From Takakia lepidozioides (Eukaryota; Plantae; Bryophyta), in contig CM060732.1 of NCBI GenBank assembly GCA_030704615.1, positions 868,001 to 932,000 on the forward strand: a stretch of 64,000 nucleotides of DNA, given 5' to 3'. This document shows, in pieces, positions 1 through 11,741 of this stretch. The translations under genes and the position numbers were made by a program. The stretch's first letter is position 1; each line of letters begins with the position of its first letter. A model generated the notes under the pieces. That model did not search any database and was not told the DNA's origin. It saw only the letters and a list, made by a program, of their open reading frames with translations.

Positions 1-1649
1 AGGGGAAAGCCAAGAAGAGGGCTGCCGTGACAGAGCCTAAAGACACCCCTGGTTTTGAAGCCATGATGGAATTCTTCACGGCTGTGAGCACGGATTGCAA
101 GAGCACTCGGGGGGGGGGGGGGGGGGGGGGGTTGAGGTGGAGAGAGCTTGCGACATGATTCTCCTCGACATTCCAGATGGGCTGCTGGAGGGCTGGATGG
201 CCGTGGTGCCCACCTGGAACAGGTTTACTGAGGACTACTGGAAAGCCGGGTTTGGGCTAGCGGGGATGCTTCTGGATGACGGTGGATGTGTGGTTTGTCC
301 TTGCCACAAGAGGGAAGACCACAGAGAATGCGGTGGCAAGGTGGACACCAAAAAGTGTCACCCGGTCCTCCTCAGAAAATGGTTCTGCATCAATACACGG
401 GGGTTGCGAACAGAGGGCCAAAGTGTAAGTTATCAATCTATTGCATTCACCTCATATTGTGGTGTATCTAAACAAGATCCCGGAGTTGATCCCTATTTTG
501 TTGGATGTGCAGACATTGGTGTTGAGGCATAATTGCTTTGTGAAGAGAGGGTCTACGTTCAAATTCCGCAACGACGGTCGTCTTGTTGATGCCGCTGTGG
601 GACCCTGTTACCTACGATGTCCTCTACAAACATGTGCCCACTCCAGTATGCCGAAGGACACAAAGACAGGACAAACCGTGGCGGTAACAGCCGACCCGGA
701 GCCCTGCTTTTATCCAAACCCTCATGGAGACGTGCTCGGATGTCCAAGGGCGGATTCTGGACCTCACATGCGGCACGGGTAAGCCTTCACGTGCTCAGTT
801 TTGTCCCCTGGCCCGATTGCAATTGCATGCCGCAAGCTAATTACGCGCCCGCTTTGTCCTCAGGTGCTTCAATGTGGGCAGGGACGTTGTCGACAGGCAT
901 GTGTTCGCCTTCGAGCCAGATACTGCCCTCCACAACTCGAACTTGCAGGCGGCTGAACGTCTGCGAAAGAGGAAGAGGCATCCTCGGAGGATGAGGAAAA
1001 ATCCGAGAAGGAGCAGGGGGAGGAACAAGTTGGGATCGAGGCCGCAGGAGCCTCCCGGTGTACGAGTGAGTGGTCGCATTGTAAGTTGCCTCCAGATTTC
1101 GTGAGGCACCTCCCTTCGCTCTCTTATTCATTACCCTTTCTGCTTCTGCTGGTATTGACATTCTTGAAGTGGATTTGTTCTTACTGTAGGATGCCAAGTA
1201 CGGCAGGAGGGACGTCTACACCGGAGTTCATGGGCAGGAGGAACGTGCCTTTTTTTGCCAGGGGGGATTTCATGCCTAGTCCAGAAAGGGACTACATCCT
1301 TCCTACTTATGCTGCCCGGCTTGCTTCGGTGTCCATTAGGAGGTGTTCCGAACCTAGTCGTGTACAGCAGATTTTAGACGAGGCAAGCCTCAAGAAAATG
1401 AAGATGAGGGAGGAGGCAGCAGCTATTAGAGCCCGTCGGGCTCGTAGATTTGTGTTGGATTCTGCTGAGGAAAGTGGGGGAGAAGAGGCAGAAGATTCCC
1501 AGGAGGTGAGGTGGACAGTCCCCCAAGGAGAGGACGGCATTTTTGAGAGGCATAGTGCAACCGATGCATCACAGAGCTCGGAGGATGGGGGGGATGAGGG
1601 GGATGAGGAAGAAGGAGGGCCAAGTTCCTCGGAAGGTGTAGGAGAGTAG
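1..1649 (+). pseudogene. Degenerate intron-containing beta-class amino (N4C/N6A) DNA methyltransferase-like gene, copy 1 (5' part outside window)
   Basis: Exon to 424 encodes CDMILLDIPDG...WN...YW...LLDDGGCVV (motif IV region). GT-AG intron 425-512. Next exon ends RSPAFIQTLMETCSDVQGRILDLTCGTG (motifs X and I; RILDLTCGT at 751-778). GT-AG intron 779-863 with a CTAAT branch site. Then ASMWAGTLS-(frameshift)-RHVFAFEPD (motif II). Last exon probably 1190-1649 (acidic tail). Carries frameshifts and a stop. Confidence 0.7.
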
Positions 1650-1749
1650 TTCCCATTCCTGCTATGACAGTTAGGACACACTTGTATAGACGTGGCTTGC
1701 CACCAAATTTGCAATAAAATGTTGCATTTCATTGCTATGACGAGTCCAC

Positions 1750-1862
1750 ATGACCCTATTTCCGTGCCTCCTAACCCTATTTCTGTGGCCACAATTCGGC
1801 CCGCTCATGTTTTTTTTTTTTTTCCGCTCATGCTCATTCCGCTCATGAAATAGCAGCCCCCC
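1750..1862 (+). mobile_element. Conserved terminus of the methyltransferase-carrying element, copy 1
   Basis: ACCCTATT..GTGG..GCTCATG repeats..GCTCATGAAATAGCAGCCCC recurs at about 55709-55821 and 58996-59093, each time followed by unrelated sequence. Confidence 0.6.
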
Positions 1863-2398
1863 TCATGCTCATGCTTAATCCCGCTCACCGCTCATGCAAC
1901 ATCCGCACCCTCCAAGGCCTCCAAATGGATAGAATGCCAATATCTTATATTACGGAGGTCTTGTGTGGGGACAAGTACGGTTGTTGCCTCAACATCACTC
2001 TATCCCTCCTCTTTCCCAAACGATTCACCTTGATTCTCTTGTGCACTGCAAGTTGGTGTTTGATCTTACGTGTATCAATGTTGAAGGAAGGCGTGTTATT
2101 CTGACCCCTGCCCATGCATGAGTGCAGATCATGAATTGTTCTGCTTCTTTTTCTGCTCTTGATTTGGCTTTGTGCAGCGGTGGAGCTGCGTCAGTGTTGT
2201 GTTGATTGGATTAATTACCTTCACCAACTAGTATTAGATTTTTCAGAGTAGACATTTGATATGAGAAGAGATGAAGGCTTTAGGGACAACTCATGTTAAA
2301 AGCTTGCATCATTTGTATGGTTTGGGGTTTTCCCGCTGGGGGGTTTGTCCTTCACCCAACTTGCAGGGTAAGGTTTTCCCCTAGAGGTTTTTTCATCC

Positions 2399-3000
2399 CT
2401 CTCCTATCGGATGCCTAGTCTAGATTTATTTGAATTTGAATTTGGCTCGGGGAGCCTTGCTTTGGTAATTTTGCCGAAGCTCGCTGGAGCTCGCTCCTCC
2501 TAGCATGGGTGGGTCTTACATATGTAAGATGAAGGATTCTGCCTGCTACAGATGCTCTTCTGTTTGTTTGATGGATGAAAAGCGGGGAGTTGGTACAACC
2601 ATTTGAGTGTGCTTAAATCTGGCCAAAACCTTTGTCTCATTCTAACAGTAACGTAATCCGACAGGGTGGTTGCTGATGTGTGTGTAAGTCTTAAAGTAAT
2701 CCATGCGGCCAATAAGAAGTCACCACTTGCCATTCTAGATTACCCATTTCTTTAATATAAAAGGCGGATTGCTTAGGCCAAACGTAGGATGTTTTGTGTG
2801 AGATCAGTGTACTTGGATGAGCAGTGTGTTTGGATGTGAAGCTCATGATGCCCCTGCATGTGTTTTGATTGGTCTGCCTGCTAGTTTCCTCTCGCGTGAG
2901 ATCCCTCCTCTCTTGCTTGGCGTGTTCTATCAGCTATTTCCCCATTTATGCACCCAAGCCTCTCTGAGGAGAAGAGCATATCCCCCGGGTAGAGGGATTG
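2399..3000. repeat. Dispersed ~600 bp repeat, reverse complement of 29471-30073
   Basis: CTCCTATCGGATGCCTAGTCTAGATTTATTTGAATTTGAATTTGG... matches the reverse complement of about 30030-30073, and the match continues to about 29471. Confidence 0.85.
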
Positions 3001-3272
3001 GTCTTATAGGCCTGGATGAACTTAATCGACTTTCCAGATTTAAATTAATGCAAATTTCTCACAATAAAACCCTCTTCTTCACGCATGTCTACACTCCCAA
3101 GTTCGGCTACATTCACAACGATGTATGCATGTGGGCCATCCCATGCTCTGCCTTGATATGCACTTCCATACATTGATTGCAATATATTTAAGTACCATCT
3201 CGAGCCATCCCATACTATCGAGTCTAGTACTGCACTATATGCCATGTTATTGCTGAAAATGATATTCTAGTA

Positions 3273-4081
3273 TCAATATATGAAGCGAGATGTTTGTTTT
3301 ATTTTTGTAGCGTCGTTGAGATCTCCCAAACCGCGGGCCCCAGCCCTAGTGCTTGGTGCCGTTGGAAAGCCCTCGATGAGGAGGGGTGCACCGGCTTGGT
3401 CTCATGATTTTTGGAACCGCGGTATGGGAGATATCGAATTTTGAGTAGTTTGGGTTGTTGGAAATTCGTGAAAATAGCAAAGTGGGCTTTTCTAGAGCAA
3501 TGATTGGCCCTTCAGGTGGGAGATTTGGAATTTCAAGTACTTTTGGTCACTAGAAATTCGTGAAAAATAGCAAAGTGGATATATCACTATATGAAGCCTC
3601 GATAGGGGAGATTGAAAAAATAGCAAAGTGGGCTTTGGGATTGCACTTGGACTTAGGTGACATTGGACACTCGAGGTTGCACTTGGGCCTCTACATGGGA
3701 GACAGATTGCACTTGGGCTTAGATTTCAATTCTTCACACATGGGCCAATGCCACAGGCTACCCTAGAGCTCCCAAATAATGGGGTCTCTGGATACATAGG
3801 GGATTGCAATTGGACATAGATGAAACTAGACACTTGGGCCAACGGCACAAGCTACCCTAGCAAAGTGGCTTTGTTGGAACAATGACATGGAGATCTCCCA
3901 AACTGTAGGGTTTCTAGATACATAGAGGATCGCACTTGGACTTAGATGACAGTGGACACTGGAGGTCGCACTTGGGCCTCTACATGGGAGAAGCACTTGG
4001 ATACATAGGAGATTGCACTTGGGCTTAGATTTCATTTCTTCACACACGGGACACTTGGGCCAACAGCACAGGCTACCCTAG
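3273..4081 (+). mobile_element. Non-autonomous Helitron-like element
   Basis: Starts A|TC (3272|3273) and ends CTAG|T (4078-4081). An imperfect hairpin (family consensus GCC-AAC-GGC core) lies a few nt before CTAG. No TSD. Same family as the array at 46449-50577. Confidence 0.7.
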
Positions 4082-5269
4082 TATGTACTCTTACGTTCAA
4101 ATTTATAATAAGTTTTAATATATTATTTAATTATCTATCTATATAATATGTAGAGTTCATACTTAGCCTAGTACATAATATTAATTGATATTACATATAA
4201 ATTTGGATAACATAACCAATCTGATAATATGCCTTGATATATGTTAAATTGTATATTTATAGTACATTTTATTCAACAGATAGTGTTAGAAGTTATATCA
4301 ATGTATTTACATTCTTCATAGTCTTATGGCTGTTTTTTTTCCCTGAATCGGGTATGAAATTATTATCGATAATTGTCTCCATATGCAGGTACGGGTTCTA
4401 GCCTGGTAGAGACCATTTGGGGGTGTCCCAACCCACCTCCTCATGCACCCTGGGGTCCCACCCCCACCAAACACTCTGCAAAATACAAAGATGGAGAATT
4501 TTGAATTGCAGAATATAGCAGACTCGCTGCTCCCACAGCTCGCTTGCAGCTTCGATTATTCTCGATAATACTCCTCCACATTGACATTATCTAATACATA
4601 ACATATGCCATACTATGACATATTTGACATTGTCATGTTAGGGCATAGCATGTGGTGGTACATAGACACGTCCACCTTAGGTATGATATTGCCCATGTGT
4701 GGGACAAGCACGACTAACATCGCGCATAGTCACATGCCAGTTATGACACATAGGCAAAATGAACTAATGAAATAACTGAGGTGTAAGCAGACGTCCCATT
4801 TGATGTACGGTTCGAGAATATTTCTTCATATTCTTGACATGTGGTGCAAATTGGCTGTTCTTGGCATAGGTTCAAGTGGGACACTATACCCTGGCCCGCC
4901 TGCCCGCGGTCCTTGGGCAGGTGGCCACCCCCTGCGGAAGGGTGGAGGGTTGTTTCTCGATGAGCAGTGAGCAGAAACCGCATAATCGATTAAAATTGGA
5001 TCTTATGGGAATATTCTTCTATGACTGGTCTAGTTTGAGGTTATGTGGGCTGAGAACGTAGTATTTTGCAGTGATCAAGAAACATTAACGCCTGGATCGG
5101 GATGCAAGGTAGGTATGGCGTCGATGGCAGTTTATGTAGTCGGCAACAATTTGCAAGCAACGTAAGCAAATCGCAACAACGCAAACCCACCCACAGAAAT
5201 AGGTGTAGTTTCTATAATTGAGAATCCAGAAAACTTGAAATGATATATGGTGCAACAGGAGAGACTTAT

Positions 5270-5630
5270 GGAGAAGTCGTCCATGTACACTTAAAATAAT
5301 GGGGCAGTCAGCGCAGATTTTCAATAGTCCCTAACAAACCTCCAAGAATTGGGAAGTCGGCGCAGACTTCCCAATAGTCCCCAATGTGGGCTGAGACTGT
5401 GCATGACTATTTAGATGGAGTTTGAGAGATTTGGAGAAATTTAAAGACATTTGGGAAGTCGTCACGGATTTCTTGACAACCCTCAAAAGTTTCTCTGAAA
5501 TGGGAAGTCGGCATAGACTTCCCAAAAGACCCATCTGATAGACCACCAACATTTGGAAATTCGCAAAGACTGCTTCTAGAAAGTGTTTCTTAAACGACTA
5601 TGAAATGGGAAGTCGGCACAGACTTCACAA
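5270..5630. repeat. Cluster of about 6 hairpin units GGGAAGTC-N6-GACTTCCC
   Basis: Units near 5273, 5304, 5353, 5455, 5504 and 5609. Confidence 0.6.
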
Positions 5631-5865
5631 CTGTTCTTTAGCTTGAAGTACGCCTCTGTGTACTTGGTCCACTCTCCTTCTTGTTTGCATAGTGTAGTAA
5701 ATTCATCTACGTTCACGGACACTGAGGCTGCTGCTACTTGAATGCTGGGTAGGGGTGTAGCATTCTCCACTTCTGCTATTGCCCCTTCCTTGGGCTATGA
5801 TGCTTCTCCAAGTGGTGGTATAGGAGCTGGAGTTGCCAGTGCTGATTTGGGGTCTTGTTCATGGT

Positions 5866-5891
5866 CTTGTTGTTGTTGTTGTTGTTGTTGT
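5866..5891. repeat. (TTG)n microsatellite
   Basis: Read directly from the sequence. Confidence 0.9.
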
Positions 5892-6020
5892 TCTTGCTCA
5901 TCTTCATCCATGAGCTTTTCTTGCTGTGGAAGTGTTGGGAGGTATTCCTCATGAATCTCTGCCACCAGCTTTGCCGATGAGGCGTTTAATGTGGCTAGGC
6001 TGTGGCGTTTATACTTCAAG

Positions 6021-6986
6021 TGACCTCGAGAGGGTGACCATCCTCTAGCCCTGTCCTTGTGTCGAGCGGCTTTTACTCACCCATCCCTTTGCTATCCGAG
6101 GTGGAAACTCCGAGATAGAAGAGTTGGATATCTCTAAGCACTCAGCCCGCTCAGAACAATCAGTCATGACCTACAGCTAGTGAATCATGGTTGTGCTTCC
6201 TATTTGTATTTCTTCTTGCCTTCATGTTAGCAATTTATCTTACTGTGTATACTGAAGCATCAGTTTGCTTCAGTAACTACCAGGTTCCATTCACTCATCC
6301 ATTCATTCCACAGCTTCACTCATGTCTCTCTACACAGTGTGATTGTATCGAATAAGTATCAGATTATGATTTATCAGGTATCAAGCCAATGCCTTGGTGT
6401 CTCCAATCTGCCCTACAGTATCACTACAACTTTGCATGTAACAAGCATCTACTGTTCATCTTTCCTCCTTCACCGTGCTCTCCCTCCTTGCTCCCGTTCT
6501 TGCTCTCCCCTTGATCTCCTCTCATGCATGTCCAAGAAGCGCTCCCCGTGAAGTGATCCCCTACCTGGTGCTGCTCTGCCTAATCTACCTGCAAGCTGTT
6601 CCAACCGCCTAACTAACTAACTGTCACCCTTGAGGTAACACGTTCCCTCTGCAGATGTCGTTCCCACACAGTAGTTCCCTGCTAATGATAACCATTCCCT
6701 CCGTGCGTTGTGACGGGCTGTGCCAAACTGTGTTGGGCTGTGACTGTGCCAAGCTGTGACTGGTTGTGTAAAGCTGTGTCTGTGTCTGCTGTGACTGGCT
6801 GTGCGTAGCTGTGTCGGGCTGTGATAAGCTGTGATAGACTGTGACGGGCTGTGATACCCCATGACTTGACTGTGTGAGCCTGTCTACCACCCCTAAACCT
6901 GTGTGGCCTAAGTCTACCATCTGTAAAAATGAAGGGTTCCCCACAGAACCCGTAAAAGCGTCTAAGTCCCAAACAGCCCTCTAACA
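6021..6986 (-). mobile_element. Probable 3' LTR of a retrotransposon (left boundary approximate), with internal CTGTG-type low-complexity repeat at about 6705-6880
   Basis: On the minus strand, a polypurine tract GAGAGGGGGAGGGG (7003-6990) is followed by TAA and TGTTAG at 6986, right after the stop of the upstream ORF. Confidence 0.5.
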
Positions 6987-7017
6987 TTACCCCTCCCCCT
7001 CTCAAAAAGTCGTGTCC

Positions 7018-10000
7018 TCACGGTTTATTGCTTAGGATCAGCAAACCTTTGTGAGCGAGCACCCTTTGACGGTGAGAGTCTCTTGAAGGGCTCTGTGTGC
7101 GAGCTCGAGCCCTGTCACTTGCTGAGGGAGGTGATGGAGCACCAAATGGAAATGTCTGATCCGCCTGTGGTTGATAACAAGGTAACCTCTCAGGCATAGG
7201 AGATCCCCGTCGTTTCTTCTCTGCCATGTGGAGTGTATAGTCCTCCGCCATGTCAAAAGGTTCCTCTGAAGAACCAGTAGTATCAGAATCATCTCCCCCC
7301 CGGAGGTGTTTTGGCGGCCAAACTTTAAGTGGCTCCTCCGGAATCCTGCGTGGCGTACAATGTTGGCCCACCATGTCTGGAAGCTTAAACTGTACTACTT
7401 GTTGTAAACGTTTGCAAATAAAATGAGTGAACTCCCTGAACTCCTTGGCCGTATAGGTGAGAGGTGTGCCAATGACTTTGGAACAGTGTAAGTATTTCCA
7501 AGCTTCATGTCCCTTATAGAAAATATCATCATGGCCCAATTTTTCTTTGACCAAGTTATTCCAAGCCAAATTAAACCATGAACGAAGCTGGGAATCCTTC
7601 TGCATCATGACTTTCGCATCATAGAGATACATATGGGGTGGAACTGAAGGTAAGACCCAATGATCCCCACTGGAATAACTCAAAAATTGTGATTGCATCT
7701 TCTGCTACTCAATGTGATAACGTGCCATGAAACAAGCAGCATAGTACAATCCACAGCCCATGACAATACTAGATACCTCCTTGGTCTTGGTGTAGATGTA
7801 CCCATGAACAACTTGGAAGACTATTAATTCCTTCAGCATGGTGCCTGCCTCAAACCAGCACCTTGCAAAATGATGATCCTCAATGGGTCGATTGTTCGGA
7901 AGAACCTTAGTCCGAGTTGCCACTGGCAACCAAATGCGCATGATCTGGTAATAATGTGCCAAAGATTGTGGAGGACTGAATTCCTTCCAAGCCAAAGCCC
8001 ATCATGGAATGGTTGGTTGAAGGGCATAATCATAGCCCGATTGTACTCCCGCGCAGCAGGAGTCCTAGGTGGGTTGAAAGCAGCATCCCCCCAAACCTCA
8101 GACTGTGGTTGCGCCATGGTATCAATAGCGTCAGCCACCTGCACAGCCACCTGCTGTAGAGGTTGTGATATTGCCGCCGCTGTCCCTCCTACTGCTGGCA
8201 ACTCTTGCACCTCCTGTGATGAAGACTGGAAAATTAGAGTCCTGGCATGCAAATAAGTAGCCACCAGCTGTTCCTCAGGTTCAAAGACTCTTTTGTCAAT
8301 ATTGGAACTCAGGTCATCCACTTGAGTTTGCAGGCCTTCCACATCATCCTGTAACTCAGTTATCCTACTATAGACATTGTCTATAGTAATTGTGGCAATG
8401 TTCTGCACCTGCAATCTAAGATCATTCATCTCCCGCTGAGTGAGCTTTCGTGGTGCCTTCCCTTCTACCGGCCCTTGTGTTAACCATACTTGCATAAGAT
8501 GATTATCCACCAAGTCCTATGTAGCACCCCTGAGAGAGCTCTCCTTGAGTCTGTACATATCTAACTGCTGCTGTAAAGCCTCTATGCGTTTTGCATGAGG
8601 TTCAACCAGGGCCGCATAGGCAGCAGCCAGATTATTGGCTTCCTTCCAAGCCTTGTTAGCCACAGAGAGTTCATTCTTGTGGCCCGTGAGTGATTGCTGC
8701 AACTGCAAGATGAACCTTTCATTCTCACCCTCAACCTGACTGTACTGTTGGAAAGTATCCTCTTTGCGACGGAGAGTAGCCTTCAGATCAGCAATAAGTT
8801 TCCCCTGCTCTACTGTCTCAGCATCGGCCATCATACATCTCTCTGCTTGTCTGTTAACTTCTAACGCAGTTTGCTCCAGAGCAGTTGTTAGTGTGGCATA
8901 TTGTATGGTCATTCTCTGATGAACTGTATCCAACTCTGTATGAAGCACCTTCACTTCCTGCAATTTGCCCTCATGCTGCACCTGCAATTGGTATAGCTGC
9001 TGCTTATGTGCTTCATGCAATTTCCCCTGCTCCAGACCCGCTTCAATCAGATTCCCATTTGCTAGCTACAGGGCAGCCTTGGTGTCCTCCAATTCTTTCT
9101 GCAACTCGAGGTTGGCCTCCACATCCACCTTGTTTGCACACTCAGTGGCAATTCTAGCCTCAAACTCCTGCTTGAGTTCCTCCCTCAAAGCTGCAAATTG
9201 TGTAGATGGAACATGGGATTTCATATAAGTGCCCAACAAATTGAGTGTCCTGCTTATAGAACTCATAAGCATGGCCTGCTGTGGATCTTCTTGGCGAACT
9301 TGCTGTTGTTCTCCCTGATCCTCCACAGTGTGATGTTTCACTAACCATTCAGGCCATGTTCCCACAAGATCCTCTTCCTAAACGACCTCATTCTCCACAG
9401 GCGCTGCAATGCCCTTACATTCTACCTCTGGAACCTCCGCCAAAGGTTTGGGTATTACATGCACAGCAGGGATTTCCTTGGACAAACTCTGCACCTCTGG
9501 TACCACTGGTTCCCTGACCAAGCCAGAGTTTTCATAGAGAAGGTCACCCTTCTCAATGTCTGCCACGACCTGCTTTGTAGTGGGAATATCCAACCCTTCT
9601 CCTTCCAGAGCAATAGGCTCTGGTGCAACAACATGTACTAACTGAGGGACCTCTGAGACAACCGAGTCAACTGACTGTGATGGCTGTGGTACCGAAGTGA
9701 CTTCTTCTTCCCTCTCCAAAGGTTGTGCTTCCAGAGGTCCCCATCTTGCACAAGAGCTATGGAAACATCATCATTTCGCGGTTTCCTTGAAGCTAGTGGA
9801 TGTGCCACTATAGTCGTGTCCCTCTTTTGTCTCTTGGACTGGTGCCGCCCCTCCAATCCACCTTCACCATATGAAGAGCCCTGCTCCTCAATTGCAGTAG
9901 TTGCTGCCTCAAACACTCCCATCTCCTTACATTCTCGCGCATCAAGTATGCAAGAATCAAGAATAATTTGCGCAATCACTGGGCCAGACACAACGATTGG

Positions 10001-10783
10001 AGACTTAGCAGCAGTGCCTTGTAACCGCTTCATCTCTTCCACCAAACCATTGTACATTAAGTCCGCCCAAGCCACATCTTCCCCCCTTAAGGCTTTCAGT
10101 ATCTCCTCCGTGAATGATCTGCTAAGGTATTGTTGGTTCTGTTTCATGGCAAACAGAACGTTCTGAACCTGACCAACTTCTTTTAACCCTGGGTACTCGG
10201 CCTTGGTGCAAGTGTATCCCTGAGTCTTAAAGAAACTCCCTTCTTGAAACAAATTGCCTATCTGCAATCTTGCCCTGTGCTCATCGACATTTACACGGCC
10301 TCACGGCAATTCAAACAATTGCTGCAAGTATTGGGGAGTAATCTCTATATCTACTCCCCTCACTTGTGTAACTCCCGTCTGAGGTTCAAAGTTCTAAATG
10401 AATTGTATCATGAACGCCCTATGATGCAAGGACCATTCCTTGTGTAGCAGTCCCTCCAATCGCAACTCCTTCCACAGCTCCACTGCCTGAGGTGTAGCAA
10501 TTATCTGCTTCTGCAGAATCGTGGTGCTCTTCACCCTGACATCCTCCATTCCCCGAATTATCTTCATTCCAGACAAACAAGATGGCCTTGTTTGAAATAG
10601 CTCTAAGAAAGCTTGCAAGGCGTAGAGCATAAAAGTATGGTTGGCACAAAATGGAACGAGTAAGTGCGTGTAAGCCTGTGGGGCTTGCAAGTATCGAGTG
10701 AGAAAGAATGTACTCTCAACCCGTCCGTCCTTGCGCCACTGCGTAAGAAGTAAAGCGAGCGTATAATCTGTAATATCCGCCAT
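7018..10783 (-). pseudogene. Long degenerate extra ORF (about 1250 aa when restored) at the 3' end of an LTR retrotransposon; plant-transposon-protein-like N-terminus, coiled coil, conserved C-terminal domain
   Basis: ORFs 10394-11158, 9638-10267, 9378-9719, 9066-9365, 8517-9020, 7833-8513, 7705-7995 and 7018-7698 join through in-frame stops and two frameshifts. It ends just before the PPT. The C-terminal block is homologous to ORF 59118-59756. Confidence 0.6.
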
Positions 10784-11549
10784 AGCTACAAAGCTATAGC
10801 TTTGATTGCCCCTCCCGTCGAGACACTGGTTATTCGGAGTCACCCCGACTCTTCCGCTCATAACTCTTCTAATTTCTTGTTCTTGTTTCTTGGAGGGAAC
10901 CACCTGCATGAAATTCTCGCTCCTGATTGGCTGTTGCCTCCTTGGGTAACTTCTTAACTTTACCCTCCTCAGTGGACATTCCCACCTGGAATGTCCACTA
11001 GGAAACAACATATGGCAAAAGTCCCCCTTTTCTGTACTCGTAAAGGGTTCCGTTACTTTTGTCCTGAATGCATTAATGGGCCCACAAATAGTTTTGGCTG
11101 ATGTACCGGTTAGGTACTTTGACGGCCCAGTTTGTCCTCTTTGCATGATGACACCCACTTTTGCAATATATGCACCACGGTGTGCTTCGCCCTAGTGGCC
11201 ACGTGTTCGTTTTTAGACATGCCTCCGTCTTCCCCTGTCCGCGTGGCACATTCTCTGAGTGGAAGTAGCTCACATCGTTAGGCCATTTGTTGTACCAGAA
11301 GCAAAGCTAAATTAATACCTCCAGTAGATGAGGAAGATGATGATAATGAAGATGGCAGTGATGTGCCTGAATGATGAGGCTTGGAGAGATGAGAAGGAAC
11401 TGCACAAGGAAGTGGCTGATACCATAAGGGAAATGCAGAAGAGTACTGATATCCCTATGGCAGATTCCTCCGATTCTGGAAGAGAAGATGAAGAGAGTGA
11501 AGATGAAGTGAAGAAAGAGGGCACAAGTGCAAGGTAATGAAGGGACTTT

Positions 11550-11741
11550 GGCCATGAGATGTACTCATTCATGGATGGCTTCAGTGGGTATAACCAAGTG
11601 CAAGTGGCAGAAGAAGACCAGGGAAAGACAGCTTTCATCACAGACTGGGGTGCTTATGCATAAAAAGTCATGCCTTTTGGACTTTGTAATGCACCAGCAA
11701 CGTTTCAGAGAGTGATAAGTGAATCTTTCCATGAGTATATA
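11550..11741 (+). pseudogene. Ty3/Gypsy reverse transcriptase fragment
   Basis: GHEMYSFMDGFSGYNQVQVAEEDQGKTAFITDWGAYA*KVMPFGLCNAPATFQR. Confidence 0.85.

Noticed and set aside
109-131. Poly-G run giving a polyglycine ORF start
   Set aside because: Homopolymer expansion or sequencing artefact; absent from copies 2 and 3.
5742-6019. PolyQ/polyC ORFs
   Set aside because: Explained by the (TTG)n microsatellite; no other domain evidence.
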